From: Octopus sinensis | Lineage: Eukaryota | Length of the DNA: 64,000 bases | Direction of reading: 5' to 3' | Assembly (NCBI RefSeq): GCF_006345805.1 | Contig: NC_043007.1 | Coordinates: forward strand, 9,610,001-9,674,000 | Made by a program: the position numbers and the translations under genes | The notes under the pieces: generated by a model | The model's input: the letters and a program-made list of their open reading frames with translations, nothing else | The model's database searches: none | Told to the model about the DNA's origin: nothing | In this document: one piece after another, positions 49,144 through 61,259 of the stretch | Position numbering within the stretch: the first letter of the stretch is position 1 | Layout of the letters: every line of letters starts with the position of its first letter

Positions 49144-49929
49144 TCACACTCACACATAGCATGACCACACACATATTTCACGCGCGCACATACACCTACC
49201 CTGCGCGCACGCAAACATACTTATCAGACAGATGCGATCAAGATAGCAGTAATGCACAATATCTATCCCCTCTCTCTCTCTCTCTCTCTCTCTCCTCTCT
49301 CTCTCCTCTCTCTCTCTCTCTCTCCCTCTCCTTCTCTCTCTTACCTTCTTTTTCCGTTTGTCTGTCTCTCCCTCTCTACTTTTCTCTCTCATTTTCTCTT
49401 TCTCCCTCTTTGCTCGCTTGCCGCACCTTTTTGATATTATATCCAACGATATATCAATTACACATTGAACATAATTGCCCAGCAACGATAAATACGAACC
49501 ACTGATTAAAGAAGACACGTATGCATGCTATTGGCTTTCTTGCCTCTATCAATTTGTGTGACATTGCTGCGTTGTAACTAGTTTTAAGTGACATTATATT
49601 AAAAACTGTGCATTTTCGTGAACAACAGATTCATTCTAGTTGGATTTAAACTTATTGTTAAGATCGTGAAGATCCGGATCATTTCTTGTTGATCTCTAGA
49701 CACATATGGCTCATATCTTTTGCTACGGAATTGATTTGACGCTCGCCAATATTAAATACGGTCGGCGTTGGGCGGAATGTCAGGAATTTCGAATGTGTAC
49801 ACGAAAAGATATTTTGTTTTCAATCAAGAATATTGTAGGATGCATGACATATATGCGTGAGCGTGTGTGTGCACGTATATATATATATATACACATACAT
49901 ATATACACATATATATGTTTATTTATATT

Positions 49930-49975
<46 letters not shown>

Positions 49976-50240
49976 GTGTGTTGTGTGTGTGTAAAACATA
50001 TACGCACATATATATGTGTATATATGTATGTATGTATATATTATAATATATAATATATATATATAATATATATATATATATATCTATATATATAATCTAT
50101 ATATATATATATATATAATACACATATAATATATATGAACACACACACATATTATGTATATACATATACATATATACTACAATATGTATATACAAATATA
50201 AATATATTTGTATATACATATATATATGTATATACATATA

Positions 50241-50301
<61 letters not shown>

Positions 50302-51399
50302 GTAAAAGAACACACATCTCTGCCCACACCCATGCACAGACACACATACATGTACACATACATGTAGATATGTGTGTGCGTCTATGTATGTACACAAGTT
50401 TCTTACATGTGCATACATGTATCTTTCCATGCATATATATGCATATATGCATGTATGTACATATGTATGTATGTATGAATGTATGTATGTATGTATGTAT
50501 GTTTGTGTGTCTGTCTGCCTGTTTGTATGTAAGAATGTATACATGTATGTTTATGCGTATCCATCACAATTTATAAATTGTGTTTGATAAACACACGCTC
50601 ATACAGAGACAAGTGATGTCTTGAACAAACATATAGTTCGAATTATACGTGAAATAAGTCAATGGCTGTATATTTTCTGACCCTTTACGAGCGTCAGAAG
50701 TGTGATGAAGCCCTATGTATTTGATGTATCTGATATAATTGTTGTTTAACCCCAACGCATCCTTAATCGAATAGATTTACAGAGAAAATCATTCCATTGG
50801 TGACAATTAAAAGTTTCTATAGATTATACTTTCAAATATATACATTCTTCGACTATGATATAGTTGTGGATGTGTGTAGCCTAGTAATGGGAAGAGTTGT
50901 AATGTGGGTTCCATCTTCATTTTCAGATCATTTCCTCAATACCATAATAACTAGCTGTCAGAATACACGAAATAAAAAAGGTTACCTATATTTCGTAGTT
51001 TGTCTTGCTAGAAAAAGCAGCCAATTTTTTTTAACCCTTTAGTATTGAGATTACTTTACCAAATACAACATTTATTTATTCACATTCTTTTAAATTTTGC
51101 AGCGTTCAGATTCCTATAAGGTGATTGTTAATTCTACAGAATGATGTTGAAGGGTAAGTGTTTGAACACAAGCCATGTATAATATTTGGGTCTGATAGTG
51201 TCAGTTTAAATATTAATTAATTAAATCAGACTGATATTTAAAAAAATAACACTATATTTCATTACATCGTTACAGATATAAAAATAACTACAGGTGTGTT
51301 ACGGCTGGTACGTCTTAGATTATAAATTTGCAGAATCGAATATGTCCGGAGTCTTTACACTAACAATAACATAATCGGAATAAAAGTTTCGACTGTGAT

Positions 51400-51545
51400 T
51401 TAAGAGTTTTACTTCCCAACGACATTCTTCCGGGTTCAGTCCCATTGCGTGGCACCTTGGGCAAATGTCTTCTACTATTGCCTCGGCAACCAAAACCTTC
51501 TGAGTAAGTTTGGTAATCAGAAACTGAAGAAGCCCGTCTTATAAA
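51400..51545 (+). mobile_element. SINE-A 5' half
   Basis: CCGGGTTCAGTCCCATTGCGTGGCACCTTGGGCAAATGTCTTCTACTA. Confidence 0.75.
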
Positions 51546-51548
51546 TAT

Positions 51549-51594
<46 letters not shown>

Positions 51595-51661
51595 GTAGGT
51601 CCCGGGTTGATTCGGGGTTAACCACAGTAAATAGGTACTCAATACATAGCAAGTAAAATTA

Positions 51662-51777
51662 ATTTATTATATAGAGGAGCTTCTACAGGACTAGAACTGT
51701 TTCATTCAAGAGAAATCTTCAAGGAAGATTTCTCTTGAATGAAACAGTTCTAGTCCTGTAGAAGCTCCTTCTATATA

Positions 51778-51783
<6 letters not shown>
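51662..51783. repeat. Fold-back palindrome, 59-bp arms, 3-nt loop, each arm a truncated HHR
   Basis: Perfect except for a 1-nt indel; each arm reads GAAGA-TTTCTCTTGAAT-GAAA-CAG-TT from the centre. Confidence 0.92.
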
Positions 51784-51825
<42 letters not shown>

Positions 51826-51828
<3 letters not shown>

Positions 51829-52134
51829 CGATATAGTGCATATTTATACACATAAGGAATCCACTTAGCGTGAAATTCAACACATTAGAGAGAACAGCTA
51901 GGTCTGTAAACCACAAAATAACGGATAAAATTCGACAGGAATAAATTTGGAAACGAAAAATATTTACCATCTAGTACCCCGGACCAAATTGGTTTCTGAT
52001 CTTCTTTCAAAATTTATTCCTGTCGAATTTTATCCGTTATTTTTGTGGTTTACAGAACCTAGCTGTTCTCTCTAATGTGTTGAATTTCACGCTAAGTGGA
52101 TTCCTTATGTGTATAAATATGCACTATATCGTAT
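51826..52134. repeat. Fold-back inverted repeat, ~128-bp arms, 51-bp spacer with half an HHR
   Basis: 51826-51953 versus 52005-52134, 1 mismatch and 2 indels; minus-strand spacer has GAAA-CCA-ATT-TGG-TC. Confidence 0.92.
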
Positions 52135-52713
52135 GACTGATATATAGTCTTCTGGACTAATTTTTTCTGCACGTTAGACCACTGGAAATGTAAATTTTGA
52201 TTGAATATTTTAATTTTAATTAAATTCCATTTCCCTTTGATATGATTATATATATATATATAATTAGAAAATGGAGAAAATCATAGATCAACCCAGGTAA
52301 CTGGTACTGATAGTATATACGTATATTTTATCCCTTAGCCGGTTAAGTTTATATATGTGCGAAGTGCAGGAGTAGGATTGAAGTTGCTACAAGGCTCGGA
52401 GAATGGTGCGTTGGAGGGACAGGGTGGAAGGGTGGTAGGTGAGGTGAAACGGGAGACGGGCAACGTTGGGGCGGGTGCGGAGAGAGAGAGCAGAGGCACG
52501 GTCCCCGGAACGTGCGCTGGCAAGTGCTGTGTGGATAGTTGTGAGAAAAAATCCATAAAGAATAAAGTGGTGAACAATGTGCTGAAATTGAGTCCCAAAG
52601 TCATGGTTGTCACTACAGAGCCCGCGCAGACGAAAGAATTGGACAAAAGAGAAGAAGGAGTCGAGTTGTTTGCGGGCGAGTGACGTCGCACCAATAAGTA
52701 ATATATATATATA

Positions 52714-52753
<40 letters not shown>

Positions 52754-52768
52754 TGGTTTTTTAGAGTC

Positions 52769-52815
52769 AGGGATTTGACTGCTATTTCGGCATGGTGGTT
52801 GTCTCTCAGACACCC
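52769..52815 (-). ncRNA. Heavily decayed hammerhead-like motif
   Basis: GGGTGT-CTGAGA-GACA-ACCACCA-TGCC-GAAA-TAGCAG-TC-AAATCCC. Confidence 0.35.
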
Positions 52816-53812
52816 TTATTTTTAGTTGTAAAAAATGATTACCTTTGTATGGTATTTTATACCCATGCTGGCCACTTGATAATATCGATACTTAAATATC
52901 GATATTATCCTTATTTATATATATATATATATATAATATATATATATATTATATAATATATATATTATATATATATATATAATATATATATATACATGCA
53001 TATATATATATATATACATACATACATACATATATATATATGTATACATATACACATTTATATATTTATATATGTATATATATGTGTATACACACACACA
53101 CACATATATATATATATACATCCACATATATATAGATATATGCGTGTGTAAAGCTGACGTGTGTGTGTGTCTTTGTGTTTGTGTTTGACCCCACACACCG
53201 CTGCAAACCAGTGTTGCTGTGTTTACGTCCACGTTAACATAGATTCAGCAAAGGAGACTGATAGAATAAGCACCAGGTTTAGAAAAAATAATAAGTACTG
53301 GGGTCGATTCATTTAATTAAAATTCCTTCGATGTCTTAAAAAAAATATATATCGAATTTTTTTTATGTAGATTAAGCGAAAAGAGAGGTCCATAATGAAA
53401 TGTAAATCCTAAGATACGTTATTACCTAAACGATTGCGTTTTTCCAAACTTTTCTTGTAGTTTGATGAATTTAAACTTGTGTCAAGTCATATATAATAAA
53501 GCTTTGTGTAAAATGTATGAGAATAAACTGAATATTCTGATTGAATCCATAATGTGATGCGAGAAGAGTCTCTTATGCTATTATTATACGAAATGATTTC
53601 ACCAGACAAGATAGAGACACTTTTCTTCTCATGCACGCAAGCAAGCACACAACATCAGGCGTTCACATATGCATAGTCATTCTCACATATGCACACAAAA
53701 GCAAAGTGACAGATACATATAAGTTTATGAGTAAAACATAGAACAGGCAGAAAGTGATAGGTGACGCATTATCCCAGCAACTTACAGATGGATGATCAAT
53801 ATATTTTCTGAT

Positions 53813-54100
53813 TAAGGCGGCGAGATAGCAGAATCGTTAGCAAGCCGGGCCAAATACATAGAGGCATCTCGTCCGTCTTTGTGTTCTGAGTTCAAATTCT
53901 TTCGAGGTTGACTTTCCCTTTCATCCTCTCGGTGTCGATAAAATAAGTATTGCTTAGCAACAATTTGTCCGTCTTCTTGCTCTAAGTTCACATTCCACCG
54001 AGGTCGACTTTGCCTTTCAAACCTTTTGGGGTAAATGCCAGTTGCACAGTGGGGTGCATGTAATAATAGGCCTGTCCTCCTTCCGCCGACACTGCTGTCC
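53813..54100 (+). mobile_element. Degenerate SINE-C with a repeated internal unit
   Basis: AAGGCGGCGAGATAGCAGAA head and two GGT(T/C)GACTTT(C/G)CCTTTCA cores. Confidence 0.7.
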
Positions 54101-54111
54101 TTGTGCCCAAA

Positions 54112-54495
54112 TTAATTTTAATTTAATTTTAATTTAATTTAATTTTTATTGGCTCAAAAAGCAAAAATGCCATGTAGAGGGACATGGAGTTATGTACAGG
54201 GTGGTGTTCATGCAAAGAGTTCAGGCCATTTCTGGTCAAGAGAGACTTTGAACCGAGTGGTCGTCGGCATCTTCGCTATCTCGTCCGGCAGCTTATTCCA
54301 CGGATCCGCAACCCGGACGGAGAAAGCCCCTCTCCTTCGATTGAGATGAAATCGTCGTAGATAGAGCTTTTCGGAGTGACCCCGCAGCCCATGCTCTGGA
54401 GCAGGAGTGAAGAACAGCTCTTTCGAGAGGTTACACTTTCCGCTTATGATGTTGTGAGCGAGAATGAGATCACCACGGCGTCGTCGTTTTTCAAG
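54112..54495 (-). mobile_element. CR1-clade LINE 3' end with (AAATT)n-like tail
   Basis: KRRRRGDLILAHNII..HSEKLY..RRGAFSVRVADPWNKLP..FKVSLD*. Confidence 0.85.
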
Positions 54496-55426
54496 AGAAA
54501 ATTAGGAAACAATACATACAATGATTTAGTGCGAATTACGTTATATCAAGTAACGCCCGGTAGGAGTAGCAGGTATTATGTAATAAAATGAAGAAAATTA
54601 AAAGAGAACAATATATGCATTTCAATATACAATGCTGGTAATGAATGCTTAGCACTCAAAATATCGGTTTGTGGAGAGACTTACTGTACAGATTCAACAG
54701 TATCATAACGAAATAACTTTCAACAAAGTGTTAACTATGCATACCATAGAAACACGTTAATCCAGCAGATTTATATAACATGCCTTATGTTTCCAAGCAC
54801 TCTTTCAGGCTCAGTGTGCGTGATTAGTCCTGTTTGAAAACTACCAAGTCGCTGGTCTATGAGAAAACAAGGGGAAAAGAAGAGGTAGGAAAGAAAACCG
54901 TGTCCCTAGAAATCATAATTTATTTAGCTGATATAGCGTAACTCAATGGATAAGACGCTAAAGTCTGTGAAACGGTTGTTTAATCCGCAGAGGGTGGGCG
55001 TCCTCCAATTCGACAAAAGAAATTTGTCCATGAACTGGCATTTGTTAAAATTTTCAGATCTTGAATTAAGTAGTGTGGTGGAAATTTTCAGTCTCAAAAA
55101 ATGTGCGATCTTTCAACGACGCATACCTTGTCTGCCTTTCGTTTATTTACACACTCACACACACACACAAACACAAACAGATGCACGCGCACGCACACAT
55201 TTTGGTTACGTGTATGCTTATATATATACATATATATAATAATAATAATAATAATATATACCAAATACGTACGCTTTATATATTATTTTGCACATTACTT
55301 CATCAACGTTATATTTATATTTATTGAATCTCTATTATATGTAATTTTCTAGGTCGTGTAAAATAATTTTTTATTTTAATTGATTAAAGGTGATTTTTTC
55401 TAATTATATCTATCAACCTATCTCTC

Positions 55427-55470
<44 letters not shown>

Positions 55471-56302
55471 ATATAGATTTATATATACATATAAGTTGTG
55501 TGTGTATGTGGCATGAATGCACACATTATATCTTTTACCACTATGAAGTATTGAACGGCAATGTAGGATTCTTTACAAAATTCGGGGCAATACACGTCGT
55601 GACAAATGGCAGTCATTGGCATTAATGCATTTTCACTCTCCTCAACTAGCGATGTGTTTTGGTTTTTGATCCTAGAGAATCTACCATCGTCCTTAACCCC
55701 AACCTCACCCCTAACATTGACATTCCTAGTTGTTTTATAAAGCCGGTTTTTTTTTATCTGAAGTAGTATTAAATGTATTTTGAACTGAAATTCGCTTTGT
55801 ATTTGTCGAATTTGTGACAGAACTATATTTTGTACTTCTGGAAAATACACAAATATATCCCATACTTCCGAAAAAGTAACAGGCTGAATCATTATTGAAG
55901 AAATGTATGCAAGAATAATTTTGGTGACGGCAGATAAAGGTGAAAAGTCAAGAGAAAAGAAAAGACAATGTATATTATAGAATGTCATGAATTGATAAGA
56001 CTTTAACGAAATTGCTGGTAATGAGTAAAGATGTCAGAGGAGCAGTTCAATATCCCGAAAACTGATCAAGGAATCGTAATTTATACTTTCGTGGTTTATA
56101 TACCTGACCTCGGTGATATTTGCACCGCGAAGACTCGACATAGTAATCTAGGACGCGTAAAAGAAGTATTAAATTACCACAGATTTGTGGTTTACGACAT
56201 AAATCGTTTTCCCTAACGTGCTAAATAACCTACAAAAACACAATACAAATATAACACACAGATATCTACATACATAAGCACATACTATATACCTAAATAT
56301 AC

Positions 56303-56369
<67 letters not shown>

Positions 56370-56407
56370 TGCATTGGTGCACAAATACCTATATACGTAC
56401 GCCATAC

Positions 56408-56457
<50 letters not shown>

Positions 56458-56478
56458 TATTCTAGGTAAGTACGTATG

Positions 56479-56570
<92 letters not shown>

Positions 56571-57290
56571 ATAGATACATAAATACTCATTCAGCCAAAA
56601 ACACAAGTGAGTAAATACACACAATGCGTTAAGTATATTCTTTATTTCACACTTTTATACATACAGACGCTGCAATAAATATTCATACGTATCGGAGTAG
56701 CCGGGAGATTAAGCGAGATGAGAGATTGATAGTGAAACATAAATCTTAAGTCACGTTTATAAATGATTAAGTTTTACCAAACTCTTCTTACTTATAGTTT
56801 GATAAATTTAATTTTGTGCCAAGTTATATATAAAGCTTTGTGAAAAATGTGTGAAACTAAAGTGAATATTCTGATTGAATCCACAATGCAACGTGAGGAG
56901 AGTTTCCTATAATGCCATAGATATACAGAAAACAATTCATTAAATACGATATGAATGGTGGCGTTTTTATTATATTTTTTTTTTTTATATGGCTCTTTCT
57001 GATTCTGAACTCAAAAGTGTCAAAATAAGAAGAAAAATAAGCAAAAACAAAACAAAAAAAAAAACCACTAAGAATCCGTTAAGAATGCATTAGAGACTAA
57101 TTTTATTTTAATGAGATACAGAGTATTAAGAAAAGGGTTATAAATCTTGGAAATTCCGAACGAACATGAATACAAACGATTTAACAAAATGACGCTTATA
57201 TTTGTACATTTTACATACATGGAATACGTAATTTTTTCCTCTGCTCGATGCGTCGCATATTTCCCTCACATACAGATTCATGCAAGTACA

Positions 57291-57342
<52 letters not shown>

Positions 57343-57398
57343 ATTATATATATATATATATATATATAATCTAATATTATATAATATATATGTATGGA

Positions 57399-57435
<37 letters not shown>

Positions 57436-57460
57436 AGATATATATGTATGTATATATATA

Positions 57461-57503
<43 letters not shown>

Positions 57504-57723
57504 ATATAAATATATATATATATTATTATATACATATATATAATCATACATATATATATATATTTATTATATACACATATATATATATTCATACATATAT
57601 ATATATATTTATATATATACACATTATATATATATATATATACATATATAATGTATATATATATAAATACATATATATATGTATATATATATATACATAT
57701 ATATGTATATGTATATATATAAC

Positions 57724-57772
<49 letters not shown>

Positions 57773-58721
57773 GATATATACATATATATATATATAGATA
57801 CATTACATATAATATATATGTATATATATATACACATATATATCTATATATATATATATGTATATATATATAAATATTATAATAATATCCACCATGCACT
57901 TTATATGAATCAATACATGCATGTGTCTGTATGTATGTATGTATGTACGTATGCATACTTGTATGTATGAATTATTTACTTAGCGTATATAATATATGTC
58001 CTTTTCGAGATCATTTGAATTCTGAAGTGTGCACGAGTGCATTAAGAGATGAATAAAGCTACTTAAAATTTAAGGTAGCAACCATATATAATATTCACAC
58101 ATGCATATATGCATATATATATCTGCATTCGTACACACACATGCATTCAAATATATATAACTATATTTATAAACGTATAAAAATATATTCATATATATGT
58201 ATATGTGTGTGTGTGTGTGTGTATATGTGTGTGAGCATGTGTACATTAAAATATAAATATACACCACACACACATGTATATAGATATATTTAAGATATAT
58301 ATATATATGTATATCTTTGTGTGTGCATGTATGTATGTATATATGTATGCATGTGTACGCGTGTGTGTAAATAATGTTTTAATGTTCCTGTACGTTTATT
58401 TGAAATAAAATTCGTTTTTGCGATTCGATAAACCCTAATACTGTTCATGGGTTCAAGTGCCAATGACGTCAGTTCCCCTGTGCCAAATGATTGGAAGAAT
58501 CATTACAAGTCTGCACAGAAACTAATTTCCTATATATTACACAATAATGATAAAGATAAACACGCGCACACGCACCAACGCATACGCACACACAAACACA
58601 CAAACTTACACACATATATACAAACAATTATATGCATATACGAGTGTGTGTGCATGCGAGTGTATATACATACATAAGACGCGTTTATGAATGTGTATAT
58701 ATATATATAATATATATATAT

Positions 58722-58900
58722 TGGTAAGTAGCTTGCTTACCAACCACATGGTTCCGAGTTCAGTCCCACTGCGTAGCACCTTGAGCAGGTGTCTTCTAGT
58801 ATAGCCTCGGGCCGACCAAAGCCTTGTGAATGGATTTGGTAGACGGAAACTGAAAGAAGACCGTCGTATATATGTATATATATATATATATATGTGTGTG

Positions 58901-58937
<37 letters not shown>

Positions 58938-59174
58938 CGTGCGTGTGTTTGTCTGTGTGTATGTCTGTGTTTGTCACCCCAACATCGCTTGACAACCGAT
59001 GCTGGTGTGTTTACGTCCCCGCCACTTAGCAGTTCGGCAAAAGAGACCGATAGAACAAGTACTAGACTTACAAAGAATAAGTCCCTGGGTCGATTTGATT
59101 CGACTACAGGCGGTGCTCCAGCATGGCCACAGTCAAATGACTGAAACAAGTAAACGAGTAAAAGAGTAAAAGAG
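58722..59174 (+). mobile_element. SINE-A copy, slightly 5'-truncated
   Basis: Head, core, internal (TA)n(TG)n and tail present. Confidence 0.92.
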
Positions 59175-59469
59175 ACCATCAGCTTGTAAACGCCGAATTC
59201 AGCTTGCCCGGGACTTCACTAACACCAGGGCCGGCCCTGCAATTAATTACCTTGCACCTTTCCGTTTATTCAGAGGTCGAACTTATGAACGTAACCCACC
59301 TTCTGTCTCTCTTCTCTCTTTAGTTATTTTCGTTCTTCTTTATGCTCGAATCTGCATGATCCCTCATCTAGCATCTCACGCAACAATAAAAGCAAAAAGA
59401 GTTGTATTCGAAACGCTATACTTTTATACTATACAGCGTATTATAGTAAGTGATATCTTTCGCTTTTTG

Positions 59470-59650
59470 TCTTTCATTTATTTCAGTCATTAGACTGCGG
59501 TCATGCTGGGGCACTGCTTTGAAGAAGTTTTAATCGAAAGACTTGATCCCTAGTGTTTATTTCTTTATTTTAAGCCTCGGACTTATTATGTTTCCTTCTT
59601 TCGTCGAACTGCAAATTTACGGGGATCTAAACCCACTAAGCGGTGGTGGA
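59470..59650 (-). mobile_element. Degenerate SINE-A 3' half
   Basis: CAGTCATTAGACTGCGGTCATGCTGGGGCAC motif. Confidence 0.6.
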
Positions 59651-59717
59651 ATTCAAAGACAATGACAATGACATGCAAACACACACACACACACACTCAC
59701 GCACACACACACGCACG

Positions 59718-59749
<32 letters not shown>

Positions 59750-60396
59750 CACGCACGCACGCACACACACACGCACGCACACACACATACTCACACACAC
59801 ACTCACTCACACGCGCGCACACACACTCTCACACACACACACACGCATATATATATATATACATATAAGAAAATGGAGGAGAACAATAGGTGGTTCATAA
59901 ACTTTTGGTGGGATAGGTATGTCCTTCAGTGACGAGCCCATCTTTATTAACTCCATTTTTCCAGCAGTATTCATTTTGAGGGTCTATCATACCATGCTCA
60001 AATGTACTCACTCTCATCACCAATATTCTAAATAATGCAGAGACAGCTTATACATATAAAAGTATTACCAATAGATAGTTCACATTTAATTATTATTTAA
60101 CTCCAAGAAAGTTAGGGGTTGTGATTCCAACACACTAAGGGATAATATCTATCCAATATACTGCTGGTAGAATACCCTATATAATATATATATATATATA
60201 TAATAAAGTAGGGAAATAATAAATTATTATTACCAGTGGCCTAGCACAAAAAACGAATTAGTCATTAGACTATATATTATTCATATAGAAATATAATAAG
60301 AGGCTTCCTAATAGGAAAGCGTTGTGCTAGAACACAAAAAAGGGATAAATTCACGAAAGGAATGAAAATGAAAAACATTTACCATCTCAACTATAT

Positions 60397-60464
60397 CCCA
60401 GACCGACGGTTTTTAACTATTTCCAGCAAAAACATATTTGCTGAAGGCCAGTTTCTTCAGTGGG
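60397..60464 (-). ncRNA. Type I hammerhead motif with an extended stem II, G12 mutated
   Basis: CCCA-CTGAAGA-AACT..TTCAGCAAA/TTTGCTGGAA..AGTT-AAAAA-CCG-T-CGG-T-C-TGGG; GUC triplet, 4-bp stem I. Confidence 0.65.
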
Positions 60465-60598
60465 GCAGCCTTACTAATCCTGGCGTACAGACTGCTAGAT
60501 CCACATGTATATCTAACGGTCTGTAAATCTTAACTTTTCAAACCTCTGCGCAGACGCAAATCATACCCGGCGACTTTATTTAAAAGCAGCAGAAATTC

Positions 60599-60650
60599 AA
60601 CAAAACCTGTTACTCGGAGTTTCACGTTTCCGTTCGTCGGACAGTTTTGT
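60599..60650 (-). ncRNA. Type I hammerhead motif, best preserved in the window (U4 is C)
   Basis: AACAAAACTGT-CCGACGA-ACG-GAAA-CGT-GAAA-CTC-C-GAG-T-A-ACAGGTTTTGTT; 11-bp stem I with one bulge, GUA triplet. Confidence 0.75.
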
Positions 60651-60667
60651 TAAAATTTTAACATTTA

Positions 60668-60719
60668 ACAAAACTGTCCGACGAACGGGAACGTGGAACT
60701 CCGAGTAACAGGTTTTGTT
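60668..60719 (+). ncRNA. Mirror-image hammerhead motif with A13 changed to G
   Basis: Same as 60599-60650 but GGAA replaces GAAA at 60695-60698. Confidence 0.65.
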
Positions 60720-60814
60720 GAATTTCTGCTGCTTTTAAATAAAGCATATTACTCTACCCCTGGTATTTGAGTACTCTTTTTTTCCACCTTGTTTCGCATC
60801 TATGTGTTTACTCC

Positions 60815-60855
<41 letters not shown>

Positions 60856-61259
60856 GGAATGAACATAAATTTATACACATTTAACACATTCTAAACATGA
60901 TATCACAAAGTTTTGTTTGGCTTAAGGCAAAAAGACACCCGTCCGAGGTGCCACGCTGTGGGACTAAATTAGGAACCATCTGGTTGCACTGCCAACTTCT
61001 TGTTACACACCCATGCCTGAGCCAATATATGAACCAAACCAGTTTTTTTTTTTCATTTTTAAATAACTCGGTCATTTTGAGTTAGGTTTCTGTTAATGCT
61101 TTTCAAACTATTAAAATGTCATGATGCAGGCTAACAGTCTGCAACCTCGGCAATTTATGAAAATAGCCGATGTTTTTACACTGTTAAATAATAGCTTTGG
61201 TCATGACCTGACTGAATCGTTTGCATACTGGAGAAATTATTTAGTGACATTTCTTCCGC

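Larger units (their letters stand above)
42618..49403 (+). repeat. Tandem segmental duplication (unit 1 42618-45342, unit 2 45343-49403)
   Basis: Unique sequence, mariner and minisatellite are duplicated; 44939-45344 matches 48916-49405; CC microhomology at the junction. Confidence 0.9.
60574..60744. repeat. Fold-back palindrome, 81-bp arms, 9-nt spacer
   Basis: 79/81 complementary; both differences are A to G on the right arm (60689, 60696). Confidence 0.95.
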
